Shown here: positions 48,288-58,559 of the stretch, piece after piece
How the letters are laid out: each line of letters begins with the position of its first letter
Position numbering within the stretch: position 1 is the first letter of the stretch
From: Nanobdellota archaeon
GTDB lineage: Archaea; Nanobdellota; Nanobdellia; Parvarchaeales; Parvarchaeaceae
Assembly: GCA_021818905.1 (NCBI GenBank)
Contig: JAKASS010000004.1
Coordinates: 25-64,024, forward strand
Direction: 5' to 3'
DNA: 64,000 nucleotides
The notes under the pieces: generated by a model
The model's database searches: none
What the model was told of the DNA's origin: nothing
Seen by the model: the letters and a program-made list of their open reading frames with translations, nothing else
Position numbers and translations under genes: made by a program

Positions 48288-48373
48288 ATAAGAAATAAAC
48301 AAAAAAGAGGTGCTTATGAAAGAGAAAAGAGGGCCTTACTATAAAAGGTTTGTGTCTGCGGTCTTGGGGGGGG
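48288..48373 (+). pseudogene. 5' fragment of an IS-A copy (transposase N-terminus) truncated at a 13-nt poly-G tract
   Basis: 48288-48360 matches the reverse complement of IS-A 39520-39570. The encoded 'MLMKEKRGPYYKRFVSAVLG' parallels the IS-A transposase 'MLMKKRRESYYKRFASIVLG'. It is followed by G13 at 48361-48373 and then unrelated sequence. Confidence 0.6.
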
Positions 48374-48416
48374 GGGGGGAAGAAATAAATGGTCTACTGA
48401 AAGATCGAGGACGCGG

Positions 48417-49565
48417 TCATATCTGGGCTATTATATTTTTGGCCTGCGTCTTTACTGCAGTCGTATTACAAATACTTTCTGTAAGCCCGGTATAAGAGCA
48501 TAACATAGCATCGATGAACGATACGCCGTCATTGAAAACCTGACCTACCGAAGAGTTTGTTTTTAGTTCATTGTAAACTTGGGTTATGTTAAATCCATTG
48601 AATATGTCAGGAGTTAGCATGGAAGAAACCGATATAAAACTTCCGCCTATATCCAGAAATGGCATGAAATTGCCTAATATAGAATTTAACTCTGAGCCGG
48701 AGTTCTGGTCATATTCGAACAATTCACGATACGCTACCGAATTTGCGAGAGTGCTTGCATTGTAAGATTCTAAATTGAAGAAGCGACTTGAGAATGCCAT
48801 GTCACTTAGATTGTAGGCTGGCTGCGGGCCAAAGACGACGGCAGCGGATGCTGCTGTTTCCTTAGAAATTGAGACTATGGAAGACTTGAACGTCCCGAAA
48901 TTTGAAAGGGCGTTTTCGAGTATCAGGCTTTGCATTGCGCTAAACGGCGAGTCACTGTATACGAATATTATGTCTGTTTTATTTCCAGAAGTTATGTTAG
49001 TGTTGTTGAACTGCATCAAAACTATCATCGGATTTATTACCCTTGATAGTGTAGAGCCGGGAGCTAGGTCGTAAACTCTTGATAAATTGTATACGTCAAA
49101 TGCTGTTATAGTCCTGTTTTGAATGATGTTAAAGTAAGTCACATTACGAGTCAATGCTGCGACAAACGGGGTATTCAAAACGTAGTTATTCCCCACAGAA
49201 TTGAAGATATTCGTGTACAACAGGCTGCTCAAAAGAGCGCTCGAAGTAGCAGTAGTCGCTGGGAGAACTGCGGATGGCAAGGTTGTTATATCATTATTCT
49301 CTATGAACGCATTTCCTAATACGGAGCCGTAGTCCAAAGATGCTGTCGTACTCGAATATCCATTTTCTTCTAAAAGAGAATAAAGCCGGCTCGGAACGCC
49401 ATTTGAACAATAAACACAATTTGGATTGTACACCGAAACATATGACGTGTTCAAATCCGGAGTACTACTTTGAAAAATGTTTGAAGAAAAAACTAAATAA
49501 AGGGCGATTACTAGCGCCGCCGCTATTACAATAATTACGGACAGAAGCTTAATTCTTTGCATCAT
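48417..49565 (-). CDS. Membrane-anchored/secreted Ser/Asn/Thr-rich protein, hypothetical
   Basis: 382 aa with an N-terminal hydrophobic anchor 'LLSVIIVIAAALVIALYLVF'. Low-complexity S/N/T-rich extracellular region. Confidence 0.45.
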   Translation of the reverse strand: MMQRIKLLSVIIVIAAALVIALYLVFSSNIFQSSTPDLNTSYVSVYNPNCVYCSNGVPSRLYSLLEENGYSSTTASLDYGSVLGNAFIENNDITTLPSAVLPATTATSSALLSSLLYTNIFNSVGNNYVLNTPFVAALTRNVTYFNIIQNRTITAFDVYNLSRVYDLAPGSTLSRVINPMIVLMQFNNTNITSGNKTDIIFVYSDSPFSAMQSLILENALSNFGTFKSSIVSISKETAASAAVVFGPQPAYNLSDMAFSSRFFNLESYNASTLANSVAYRELFEYDQNSGSELNSILGNFMPFLDIGGSFISVSSMLTPDIFNGFNITQVYNELKTNSSVGQVFNDGVSFIDAMLCSYTGLTESICNTTAVKTQAKNIIAQI

Positions 49566-50343
49566 AGAACATAGATCTTATGTTTGTTATTTTTTCCGAG
49601 TCATGGACTGAAAGGACTATCGGGGTAATAGTTATGCTTCCATCCAAAAGCGCACGGACGTCGCCGTCTTTTTCCAAATCCTTTTTTAGAGTACTGTAAA
49701 GCCAATAATATTCTTTGCCGTGCGGGTCTTTGTTCTCCTTGACTATATCCTCAAATACTTTTCTGTCCGTCTTTACTACCTTTATAGGCGTGTTAGGCTT
49801 GACGTTCACTGGAAAGTTTACATTGAGCATCTCTATCTCCGAAGGGAAACCGTGTTCCTTTATCTTAGTTAGTATCGAAACTAGTCGGGAGTGCAGGCTC
49901 TCCATCGCTTCTTTCGCTTCGGCCCCGGATTCGTCTACATAGTGCAGGAAACATTTTGAAAAAGCGACACTGGGTATGTTGGATATTGATGAGAATATCG
50001 CCGCCGATACTGTACCAGAGGAATAAACCGCCATAAGACCTGCGTTCATGCCGGTATTGATTCCTGAAAGGACCATAGTTATCTTATCCTTGAAAAGATG
50101 GTTCAACGCCATAAAAACGCAATCTGCCGGGGTGCCTGACACCGATATGCACGGCATGTCTTCGTATTCTAGCTTCTCGACTCTAAGTGGCTTGTGAAAA
50201 GTAAAACTCATGCCGCTTGAACTTTGTAGTTTATCCGGGGCAACAACTACGACATCACTACCAAATACCTTTTTTGCGGCGCGGTATAAAACATTTATCC
50301 CTGCGCTCTTATATCCGTCGTCATTCGTTACTAAAATTGTCAT
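49549..50343 (-). CDS. surE: 5'/3'-nucleotidase SurE
   Basis: 264 aa. 'MTILVTNDDGYKSAGI' with the SurE DDG motif. Confidence 0.85.
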   Translation of the reverse strand: MTILVTNDDGYKSAGINVLYRAAKKVFGSDVVVVAPDKLQSSSGMSFTFHKPLRVEKLEYEDMPCISVSGTPADCVFMALNHLFKDKITMVLSGINTGMNAGLMAVYSSGTVSAAIFSSISNIPSVAFSKCFLHYVDESGAEAKEAMESLHSRLVSILTKIKEHGFPSEIEMLNVNFPVNVKPNTPIKVVKTDRKVFEDIVKENKDPHGKEYYWLYSTLKKDLEKDGDVRALLDGSITITPIVLSVHDSEKITNIRSMFYDAKN

Positions 50344-50438
50344 ATCTCTTTATTGCCGAATCTTCTAATTTATGAAGTTTCTTTATATAAATAGGCAGGT
50401 AGTCACTGAATCCTTCCGAGCAGAAATATTGAAGTTAT

Positions 50439-50735
50439 CTAGCCAAAAAGACTGCTTAAACCCGCTGCTGCTTCTTCGGCCTTAGGCTCTTCCTTCTTCT
50501 CTTCTTTCTTGCTTTCATGCTGCGCTGGCGCCTGTGCCGCTGGTGCGGCTACTGCAGAAACTTGTGCTTCGCTTATTACTTTGTCAATGTCGACTCCTTT
50601 GAGCGCTGAAACGACTGCCCGTATCTGGCCTTCGTCTGGCTGGCTCCCAGTGGCCGAGATTACGCTCTTAATTGAATCTTCATTTATCTCCTTTCCTAAG
50701 CTGTGCAATAACATCGCTGCGTATACATACTCCAT
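50439..50735 (-). CDS. rpl12e: Ribosomal stalk protein P1 (L12e)
   Basis: 98 aa. '[19 protein letters not shown]', an Ala/Pro hinge, acidic repeats and the C-terminal 'GLSSLFG'. Confidence 0.85.
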   Translation of the reverse strand: MEYVYAAMLLHSLGKEINEDSIKSVISATGSQPDEGQIRAVVSALKGVDIDKVISEAQVSAVAAPAAQAPAQHESKKEEKKEEPKAEEAAAGLSSLFG

Positions 50736-50741
50736 ATTGAT

Positions 50742-51587
50742 TCATTTGCCTCCTGTGACTTTGGTCAATGCGCCGGCCTGTGCCGATGCCTTAGCCAATA
50801 TGTCTTTGATAGTCGATTTTGAGACTATATTTCTATCTACAGATAAAAATCTTACTCCTATATAAATCTTTTTAATCATGCTTTTTATCGAATATTTGTT
50901 TAGTATCCCTGCCCCGATCGACAAAGCGAGCGACCTTGAGAATGCCGTGCTGACTTCGTTTATGTATTCCGCGGGCATCTTGTACAAGACTGATTTTCCA
51001 AAGATTATCTTGTCATTAAACGCGTAATCTATCGAAAGCATCAATTCCTTCGGCTTTATTTCCATGCTTGAAAGTATGGCGGCTATCTTGTCGCCGACTT
51101 GTACGCCTCTTTTTACTACGGTAGTATCGGCTATGATTGATATCTTGCCGCCTTCGTTCTTTGTCTTTACGCCTATGGAGGAGAATTGGGAAAGCATTGG
51201 TCCGGGCGGGAATGGCGTAGGGCCTGCGGGCAAAACGATGTCTTCAGGTGCCGCTTCGCCTGCTTTTAGCTTTGCGTAAGCCTTGTTTTGCACCGCCACT
51301 CTGGCCATCTCGAACGGGTCCAAATCTGACAACAGTAACACGGGCATCTTTATTTCTTTCGATTTTTCTGCCAGCGCCGGATTTATCTTTTTAAGAGCAT
51401 TGTAGATGACTATCTTGTTCGTGTAGACGAAGTCCGCTTTTCCTCTAAAGGCCTTCCTCACCTGTTCGAAATTATCCGAAGGGAACCCGGAAATTTCGAC
51501 TACTGCCAGCGTCTTATATTTTGCGAGCGATTTACTCAGTTTTTCCGACTCCGCGGATTTTTTTACGGCCCCTTTTGATCTGTTCAT
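50742..51587 (-). CDS. rpl10e: Ribosomal stalk protein P0 (L10e)
   Basis: 281 aa, immediately upstream of P1. Confidence 0.8.
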   Translation of the reverse strand: MNRSKGAVKKSAESEKLSKSLAKYKTLAVVEISGFPSDNFEQVRKAFRGKADFVYTNKIVIYNALKKINPALAEKSKEIKMPVLLLSDLDPFEMARVAVQNKAYAKLKAGEAAPEDIVLPAGPTPFPPGPMLSQFSSIGVKTKNEGGKISIIADTTVVKRGVQVGDKIAAILSSMEIKPKELMLSIDYAFNDKIIFGKSVLYKMPAEYINEVSTAFSRSLALSIGAGILNKYSIKSMIKKIYIGVRFLSVDRNIVSKSTIKDILAKASAQAGALTKVTGGK

Positions 51588-52228
51588 ACGGCCACCGGCT
51601 TACCCATCGTCGGCTTTAGGTAAACATGTTTTATAGATGCTTCTCCGTTGACGAAGCCCGCCCTGACCGAAGAGTAGATGGCAGTCACATTTCCGACTAT
51701 CTTTGAATCTTCCATCTTTTCATCGCCTACCTTTACAAGTATCGCATTGTTCTTCTTTGTCGTTATTTTAGTGGCGAACTGTAGTTTTTCTACGGCCGCT
51801 TTAAGATTAGAGGCCGGTGTTATTACCGTTCCTGTCTTCGGATTTGGCATCTTGCTAAGAGCGGAAAGCTGCTTGCCGAACTTTGCGGCTACGGGAGCCA
51901 TTATAGTCGCCTCCGCGAAGAAATAATCATATTCCTTGGAGAGCTTTCTCGTCGATTTCTTATCAAATTTGGCGAAATCGTCCTTCAATACTAATCTAGA
52001 GAAGACGCCTTGCGATTGTGTGGACATGTCTTTATCGACGAATGCGCAGGTCTTTACGTCCCTTACTTTGTTCGGCAGGTAGACCACCGTGTCTATAGCC
52101 TCTTCTGACTTTGCTCTTCTGGGTTTTGTTATTATCACTAAGTCGATAGACTGATTGAATTTCTTCTTTGACTTCTCTGCTTCCTTCTTCACCGCCTTTA
52201 TCGCATTCTCTAAATTTTGAGCGTCCAT
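51584..52228 (-). CDS. rpl1: Ribosomal protein L1
   Basis: 214 aa, first gene of the L1-P0-P1 operon (4-bp overlap with P0). Confidence 0.8.
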   Translation of the reverse strand: MDAQNLENAIKAVKKEAEKSKKKFNQSIDLVIITKPRRAKSEEAIDTVVYLPNKVRDVKTCAFVDKDMSTQSQGVFSRLVLKDDFAKFDKKSTRKLSKEYDYFFAEATIMAPVAAKFGKQLSALSKMPNPKTGTVITPASNLKAAVEKLQFATKITTKKNNAILVKVGDEKMEDSKIVGNVTAIYSSVRAGFVNGEASIKHVYLKPTMGKPVAV

Positions 52229-52304
52229 AATCGGAATATTATGAAGTTTGCGCTTTTAAAGTTTACCCGGGTCGAGAAACCGCGGGTTTCATCGGATCTA
52301 AAAC

Positions 52305-52982
52305 CTAGTCCCTAAACCGCTCTAAGTCCTTTTTGACCGCTGAAGCTAATCCGCTTATGTCATTATAAAACTCGTCTGACCCACTCAGCTCTTTTCTGTT
52401 GAATACGCCTATGAATCTTACGTGCGCACGCTTTGAAGCGATGGCATCGTAAGGGCTGTCGCCGACGTAAAAGGACTTCTTCTTTTTCGCCCCGAGGACG
52501 CTAACGGATCTGTTCACTATATAAGGATCCGGTTTATCGTGAGAACGGCTGTCCGGGTTTATTATCACCTTGGATATCTTATTAAGCCCCAAGACCCGGG
52601 TAAACTTTCTTAGTTCATTCGTATTCATAGACGTCGCTATGCAAAACTTTATGCCGTTTTCTTTTAGAAACCCGATGAGTCCGAGTACGCCCGGATATAT
52701 TTTTACCCGTGCCGCTATGTTTTTGTCTGTGATTATATCGAGTTTCGTTTTCTTTATTTTGCCATATGTCCCGCTCGTGATCTTTATGTGGAACTTTTTC
52801 GCCGCTAATTTAAGAAGCGTCTCTGTGGGGTATCTTATAGCTTGCCCCATGAAGCTTTCGGGGATATCATAACCGCCCAGCACGCTCTTTATCGCGTACT
52901 TCGTGGCGGTCTCGTGTATCTTGAGACTGTCTATAAGGGTGCCGTCTAAGTCAAAAATCAATGCCATTGGATAGGGCGGCAT
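52305..52982 (-). CDS. HAD-superfamily hydrolase (phosphatase, subfamily IA)
   Basis: 225 aa. Motif I 'LIFDLDGTLIDS', motif II 'ATSM', motif III/IV 'K...VGDSPYD'. Confidence 0.7.
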   Translation of the reverse strand: MPPYPMALIFDLDGTLIDSLKIHETATKYAIKSVLGGYDIPESFMGQAIRYPTETLLKLAAKKFHIKITSGTYGKIKKTKLDIITDKNIAARVKIYPGVLGLIGFLKENGIKFCIATSMNTNELRKFTRVLGLNKISKVIINPDSRSHDKPDPYIVNRSVSVLGAKKKKSFYVGDSPYDAIASKRAHVRFIGVFNRKELSGSDEFYNDISGLASAVKKDLERFRD

Positions 52983-52997
52983 GCTTAATATTTAACG

Positions 52998-53978
52998 TTA
53001 ATCCGCAATGTTCAACATGGAGTCTATTATCAGTTTTGACGCTTCTTTCTCGGAGAAACCCCTAGAGGCAAGGTAGAAAAGTTCCGCTTTGTCTATGTCT
53101 TCTATAGCTGAGGAGTGCCTTGCGGATACGTTCGTGGCTTTTATATCGAGCATCGGTACGGAGTCGGTGAACGCGTCTCCCTCGCTTAGGTTTATGGTCT
53201 TTGTCTCGAAATTTCCGCTGCATTTTTCTTTATGTATCTTTAGCATCCCTCTGAATATCAATGAAGACGGTCCATCTACGACACCCCTCCCACTGACATT
53301 TGACTTGCTGTTGAACCCCGAGTGAAGAACGTTTTGCACGCAATCGTAATGCGCTCCTTTGTCTGCGTACACGTATATCTTAGAATCTACCGAAGCATTC
53401 TCACCTAGGTCACAGTCTCCATGCAAAAATAGGAAGGGATCTTTTATGTGCTTGTTTATAATGGAAAGTTTTGAATTGTCTTTCAGGACTTCCTTTATTC
53501 TTATGTAAGTTATTCCGCTGCCATTTGACTCAAACTCCAATTGGTTATCTGAACTGGCTTCGCATTCGACCCACAAGGTTACGAAGGAGAGATTGTAGTC
53601 CCCCATCGATATTTTTAGCCTCGAATTTTTCCGCATTCTCGCTTTTATCGAACCTAAAAGTGAATCGTTTTTCCCAAATTCCAGTACGCTGTCTCCGTCT
53701 ACTTCTCCAGTCAAGTTAAAATTTTGGAATTTTCTTATTATGTTCAACGGTGTCTCGTTTGCCCCCTCAAAAAACTCTTCGTAACCCGAATCTTCAAATC
53801 CACCCCTTTCTGTCGGTGAGACCTTTTCTATCACATTAAAGTCAGAAATATCGAGCTTAGAGAAATCCGTGTATGCCTTTACAGTCGGTGAATCTTTCCA
53901 TTCTTTCTTCCGTTCAGAAAGTACGCCATTTTCTTTTATTATTGTCCCTATAGTCTGCATATAGCTACCCTGTAGCAC
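52998..53978 (-). CDS. sufD: Fe-S cluster assembly protein SufD-like
   Basis: 326 aa, downstream of SufB and overlapping it by 14 bp. SufBD-family beta-helix region. Confidence 0.6.
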   Translation of the reverse strand: MLQGSYMQTIGTIIKENGVLSERKKEWKDSPTVKAYTDFSKLDISDFNVIEKVSPTERGGFEDSGYEEFFEGANETPLNIIRKFQNFNLTGEVDGDSVLEFGKNDSLLGSIKARMRKNSRLKISMGDYNLSFVTLWVECEASSDNQLEFESNGSGITYIRIKEVLKDNSKLSIINKHIKDPFLFLHGDCDLGENASVDSKIYVYADKGAHYDCVQNVLHSGFNSKSNVSGRGVVDGPSSLIFRGMLKIHKEKCSGNFETKTINLSEGDAFTDSVPMLDIKATNVSARHSSAIEDIDKAELFYLASRGFSEKEASKLIIDSMLNIAD

Positions 53979-55401
53979 CGGGAAGTGTTGAGATTTCTAT
54001 TTCTATCAGTTTGTTTATCTCGACTGCAAATTCCAAAGGTATCTCTTTAAGAACAGAATCCAAGAAGCCCAATACTATCAAAGACCTGGCTTGGGTCTCG
54101 GTTAACCCTCTTGACATTAGATAAAATAACTTATCCTTAGATATCTTCCCGACCGTAGCCTCGTGATAGACCTTGGCAGTCGGACTAAGGACTTCATTGT
54201 GCGGGAATGCAGCTGTTACCGCATTGTCTTCCAGAAGCAACGAATCACACTGCGTGTAAGCCTTCGAATTGGCCGCATTCTTGTTTATTCTTAATAATCC
54301 CCGATACACGGCTGAACCGCCCCCCATGCTTATCGATTTGGAGATTATCTTTGCACTTTGGTTTGGTGCCGACATTATGACCTTCGAACCACTATCTTTC
54401 CAAGTGGCGGGTTGCGCAAACGAAACGGTAAGATTTGAACTGCTAGCGCCCTCTCCTATAAGATAAGAAGCGGGGTAGAGCATTGTAACCTTTGAGCCGA
54501 GAGTCGCTTCTACCCACTCCATCTGTCCTTTTTCTCCGACTATCGCGCGTTTTGTGTTTAGGTTATAGACATTTCTGCTCCAATTTTCTGCTGATATGAA
54601 TTTTACTTTTGCGCCTTTATTTACGAAAACTTCCACTATGGCGGCGTGCAAGGCTTTGCTGTCTGGTTCATAAACCGCTGCACTACAACCTTCTGTATAC
54701 GTTACCTCGCTTCCTTCGTCTGCGATTATCAAGGTGTGCTCGAATTGGGCGCCTTCTTTCCTATTCATCCTAAAGTAAGTCTGGAGCGGCGTCGTTATCT
54801 TTACGCCTGGGGGTATGTAAATGAACGCCCCCCCACTCCATACTGCACCGTGTAGTGCTGCAAATTTATTATCCGTGAAAGGGACTGCCTTCATAAAATA
54901 CTTTTTGACTAGATCTGGATGCTCTTTTAGAGCCGTATCTACGTCCGTAAAAATTACGCCCTTATCGGCCCATTCTTTTCTTAACTTTGAGACGACACCA
55001 TCCGAATCGAATACGCTTAGCGACCCTGCGAGGATCTTTCTCTCGGCTTCCGGTACTCCTATTTTTTCGTATGTATCTTTTATTTCCTTCGGTACTTTTT
55101 CCCAATCATTTGTCAAGTCTGCATTCGGCGGGGAATAATAATAAAATTTACTGAAATCCATATCCTTGTCCAACTCTGGATAACCCCATGTCGGCGTAGG
55201 CCTTTTCAGGAACTCTGCGTAAGAATCTAATCTGAGTTTAAGCATCCATTCCGGTTCTTTCTTTATTTTCGATATCTCCCTTACCAGTCCTTCGCTTATG
55301 CCGGCGCCGAGATCATGTCTGTATTTTGTATCCGTATGGAAACCGAACTTATAGTCCATCCCGACTTCTCTTAATTCCTGTACTTTCTCTAGTCCATCCA
55401 T
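53965..55401 (-). CDS. sufB: Fe-S cluster assembly protein SufB
   Basis: 478 aa. Conserved SufB regions 'GGSAVYRG...', 'HNEVLS...' and 'FYLMSRGL'. Confidence 0.85.
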   Translation of the reverse strand: MDGLEKVQELREVGMDYKFGFHTDTKYRHDLGAGISEGLVREISKIKKEPEWMLKLRLDSYAEFLKRPTPTWGYPELDKDMDFSKFYYYSPPNADLTNDWEKVPKEIKDTYEKIGVPEAERKILAGSLSVFDSDGVVSKLRKEWADKGVIFTDVDTALKEHPDLVKKYFMKAVPFTDNKFAALHGAVWSGGAFIYIPPGVKITTPLQTYFRMNRKEGAQFEHTLIIADEGSEVTYTEGCSAAVYEPDSKALHAAIVEVFVNKGAKVKFISAENWSRNVYNLNTKRAIVGEKGQMEWVEATLGSKVTMLYPASYLIGEGASSSNLTVSFAQPATWKDSGSKVIMSAPNQSAKIISKSISMGGGSAVYRGLLRINKNAANSKAYTQCDSLLLEDNAVTAAFPHNEVLSPTAKVYHEATVGKISKDKLFYLMSRGLTETQARSLIVLGFLDSVLKEIPLEFAVEINKLIEIEISTLPGATG

Positions 55402-56096
55402 ACAAAACCGTCCTTCTCTATTTTAGCGGCCATCTCTTTTCCGCCAGAAGCTTCTATTCTCCCGTTTTTTATTATATTGACTTGATCGACATTGAGATAC
55501 TTGAACACGGCTGGGTTGTGAGTCACTATAAGGAAACCAGAATCGGATCCATTTATCAGTTCGGAGACCGACTTTAGGCTATCTACGTCTAGGCCGGAGT
55601 CGAATTCGTCTACTAGCGCGTACTTCGGTCTGAAAAGAAGCATCTGCAATACTTCCAGTTTCTTTTTCTCGCCGCCGGACGACGTAGTATTCAGGTTCCT
55701 GGATAATATCTCTCTATCGAAATTCATCTTCTTTACGACGGAATCCAAGTTCTGCGAAAAATCTGAAGCGCTGCCCATCATTTTTTGGTACGCTGCCCTG
55801 ACAAATCTAAGCGAGTTCAAACCTTCTACGTCTTGAGGTTCTTGGAATATCATAAAAAGACCTTTCTTAGATTTTTCATTTGGCGGGAGCTTTGTTATGT
55901 CTTCTCCGTCAAGAAGAACTTTACCACTAGTCATCGTGTAGGCGGGGTCGCCCATCAGGCTTTTGCATACCGTGCTCTTGCCGCTGCCGTTCGGACCCAT
56001 AAGGATTATTTTCTTGCCGGATCCGATGAAAAGATCCACTTTATTCAGTATCTGCTTGTCTCCTACGGAAACGCTCAGGTCTCTTATCTCAAGCAT
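55389..56096 (-). CDS. sufC: Fe-S cluster assembly ATPase SufC
   Basis: 235 aa. Walker A 'GPNGSGKST', ABC signature 'LSGGEKKK' and Walker B 'ALVDEFDSGLD'. Confidence 0.9.
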   Translation of the reverse strand: MLEIRDLSVSVGDKQILNKVDLFIGSGKKIILMGPNGSGKSTVCKSLMGDPAYTMTSGKVLLDGEDITKLPPNEKSKKGLFMIFQEPQDVEGLNSLRFVRAAYQKMMGSASDFSQNLDSVVKKMNFDREILSRNLNTTSSGGEKKKLEVLQMLLFRPKYALVDEFDSGLDVDSLKSVSELINGSDSGFLIVTHNPAVFKYLNVDQVNIIKNGRIEASGGKEMAAKIEKDGFVWMD

Positions 56097-56463
56097 GCTT
56101 ATCCCTCTTCTTTGACATCTCTACGAGGCATATGAACGGCGTCATCTCCTTTTTCAGGATCGCCCCGGATGCCCGGGTCTTCTCGCATATCTCACAGGTC
56201 TTGAAAATCATATCTGCGCTTCCGGCCGATATATCGTCAGCGAGTCTATCAAAGTAAGCCGACAGTTTATTATTTGATTTCATTTCTGATGAAAAGCTGC
56301 CACGCAACTTCTTATTATATTGGGAGATCGCAGGTTGGGTGACGTTCAGCAGTTTGGCTATTTCCTCTTGGGTGATATTCCTGTCCAGGAGTTTTTCGGT
56401 CAATATCGCCCTTGCGGAAGGGACTATTTCGTTCAAAGTCTTTTTACAGAACAGTTCTGGCAT
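56089..56463 (-). CDS. Putative transcriptional regulator with HTH and C-terminal Cys-containing domain
   Basis: 124 aa. 'ITQEEIAKLLNVTQPAISQY' is an HTH. A C-terminal 'CEICEKT...FICLVEM' region follows. It lies upstream of sufCBD. Confidence 0.5.
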   Translation of the reverse strand: MPELFCKKTLNEIVPSARAILTEKLLDRNITQEEIAKLLNVTQPAISQYNKKLRGSFSSEMKSNNKLSAYFDRLADDISAGSADMIFKTCEICEKTRASGAILKKEMTPFICLVEMSKKRDKHA

Positions 56464-56541
56464 ATTATTACTATTCTAATACTTATGGCGTACTTATAAA
56501 TATAACGGCGTTATAAAAAGAAGTAAAACCGCAAAAATTTG

Positions 56542-57015
56542 CTATCCTTTGATCGTGTCTATAATCCTTTTTCTGTAGTCTTTTACGGTATCATCGGTCA
56601 ATTTATTAGTGAGATTTATTATATTGTTTACGATTATTTTTGCCCTGTTGAGTTCCTCGTGCAATTCTGCATCGCTTTTAGTCTTTAAATAATATTGTGC
56701 GTCTATCCTAAGATCCCTTGCTTTTTTGATGTCATTCACGTCGATTTTCTTATCGAGAAGAAACTCTGCGATTTCGATCGAGCAGTCGTGATTCTCACAT
56801 TTTATGCCCACTATCGTAAGAAATGAGTATAACGCATAATATTCTGCATAGTATATCATCGAAGTGGACCAAACGAGATCCTTGGATTCTAGCGTCAATT
56901 CCGCGGATTTTAACGTTTGTTTGGATAAATTAATGAAAGACGAACTTATATTGGGATTAGGGGGCATAAGTTTAGCTCCCGCTTTCTTAAAACACCAATT
57001 TATCTTACTTTCCAT
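56542..57015 (-). CDS. HEPN-like partner protein
   Basis: 157 aa, overlapping the upstream NTase gene by 11 bp. Paralogous in arrangement to 47790-48197. Confidence 0.45.
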   Translation of the reverse strand: MESKINWCFKKAGAKLMPPNPNISSSFINLSKQTLKSAELTLESKDLVWSTSMIYYAEYYALYSFLTIVGIKCENHDCSIEIAEFLLDKKIDVNDIKKARDLRIDAQYYLKTKSDAELHEELNRAKIIVNNIINLTNKLTDDTVKDYRKRIIDTIKG

Positions 57016-57607
57016 ATTTCTCGATTACCTTTTCTATAAATAAGTCTAATCCTTTGATCAGTACGTGATTTTCCATGACTTCTTTCAACAATGGCTCCCC
57101 CTTTTCTATGGCATCACAAAAAATACTATATTCCATCCGAATTTCATGTATCTTTACTGGTAGGATATAGGACGGCAAGTCCTCTTTGCACCTTCCATCG
57201 GTCACTACGAGCATGTCTAAATCACTTTCTTTTGTCTGGCCCCCTCTCGCGTAACTTCCAAATATAGACAATGTATGTATATGATCGATCCTCTCCACCT
57301 GCCTTATAAACTCCTTAAAAATGTCGTTCTTTTCCATAAATTTGATTTTCTTATATGTTTCGCTGAGAAGAATAAAACTCGACAGGAGCGGCTCATTGAA
57401 ATTAAGCGCCATTATTTTGGACCTGCCACTCTCCTTATATTTGATAACGCCAATGGATATCAATTCGCTCAAAAGTTTACTGGTTTTTGCAGCATTTTGA
57501 CGCAGTATCCTCGCAATCTCCCTAACGTGCAATAAAGAACTTGGTCTCGAGAATAGGAGAGTTATTATTTCCGAATAACCAAACATATGTATATATTTAT
57601 TAAACAT
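57005..57607 (-). CDS. HTH + minimal nucleotidyltransferase (MNT-like) protein
   Basis: 200 aa. HTH 'VREIARILRQNAAKTSKLLSEL'. NTase 'FGSYARGGQTKESDLDMLVV'. Confidence 0.65.
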   Translation of the reverse strand: MFNKYIHMFGYSEIITLLFSRPSSLLHVREIARILRQNAAKTSKLLSELISIGVIKYKESGRSKIMALNFNEPLLSSFILLSETYKKIKFMEKNDIFKEFIRQVERIDHIHTLSIFGSYARGGQTKESDLDMLVVTDGRCKEDLPSYILPVKIHEIRMEYSIFCDAIEKGEPLLKEVMENHVLIKGLDLFIEKVIEKYGK

Positions 57608-57829
57608 ATGTTTATATTATTTATACATATATAAATACTTGATCAAAGTCTTTCTATCGGCCCGCGACAGAAGATCGATGCTTCTTTTACTTTCGGCAGG
57701 TATTTAGACACGAGCTCTTCCGATTCCTTTTCCGACGACTAAGCGATCATTAATTCTAGAAGAGATTTAAGTATTTTAATTGAATCATGATAAATAAGTA
57801 TTCATACTTAGTCCACCTATTCTACTTAG

Positions 57830-58060
57830 GTGACGAATATGACAAATATGACGCTAGCAGTTCCACCGGAACTAACAGAACTTATGAAGAAACATAAAGA
57901 TATAAAATGGAGCGAAGTCGCTAGACGGGCGTTAATCGAAAAAGCGAAAGAATTAGAACTAATGGACAAGATTTTGGCGACGAGTAAATTGACCGAAAAA
58001 GATGCGCTTGAGATTGGTAAAAAGCTTAAAGAAAACATGGCAAAAAGACATGGTTTATGA
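57830..58060 (+). CDS. Putative antitoxin (VapB-like)
   Basis: 76 aa, charged and helical. Overlaps the downstream PIN gene by 4 bp. Confidence 0.45.
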   Translation: MTNMTNMTLAVPPELTELMKKHKDIKWSEVARRALIEKAKELELMDKILATSKLTEKDALEIGKKLKENMAKRHGL

Positions 58061-58401
58061 TTCTTGTTATCGACGCAAACTGCATTATCGCGGCGCTTAT
58101 TAGAAACAGTAAATCCCGCGAAATAATTATAAGCGGTAAATTTGATCTGGTTTCTCCCGATTATTTACTCGATGAGATAAATAAACATTTAGAATACATA
58201 ACAAATAAGAGTGGCATATCTCTGGAAGAATTGAAACTATTGCTTGCTCTTCTGATACGTAAAATACGTATCATTCCACACGGAGATTATAAAGCCAAGA
58301 CGAGTCTAGCGCAGAAAATAATGAGAAAAGACGTAAAGGATGTTCCTTACGTAGCGTGTTGTTTAGCGTTGAATTGCGATGAAGGCCGCTTACAAAAGTA
58401 A
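58057..58401 (+). CDS. vapC: PIN-domain ribonuclease toxin (VapC-like)
   Basis: 114 aa. 'MILVIDANCIIAALI' contains the first acidic PIN residue. The arrangement is the typical 4-bp-overlap TA pair. Confidence 0.55.
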   Translation: MILVIDANCIIAALIRNSKSREIIISGKFDLVSPDYLLDEINKHLEYITNKSGISLEELKLLLALLIRKIRIIPHGDYKAKTSLAQKIMRKDVKDVPYVACCLALNCDEGRLQK

Positions 58402-58559
58402 AAATCTTGCCGGCTATTTACAATTCTGGGATGACAATAAATGTATACGGTAAAAAATCTGCTTTGGTTTTGTGGAGCAAGCACCCTATAACAATTATAC
58501 TAGACAACGCGGAGATAAGCAAAAACCTTAAATTATATTTCGAATTGTCGTGGTCAGCA

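Noticed and set aside
52229-52304. Possible L1 autoregulatory mRNA structure upstream of rpl1 (small hairpin gaaacc-gcg-ggtttc at ~52262-52276)
   Set aside because: The hairpin is short, and the archaeal L1 regulatory site usually mimics a specific 23S rRNA fold that I cannot verify by eye. Too speculative to call.
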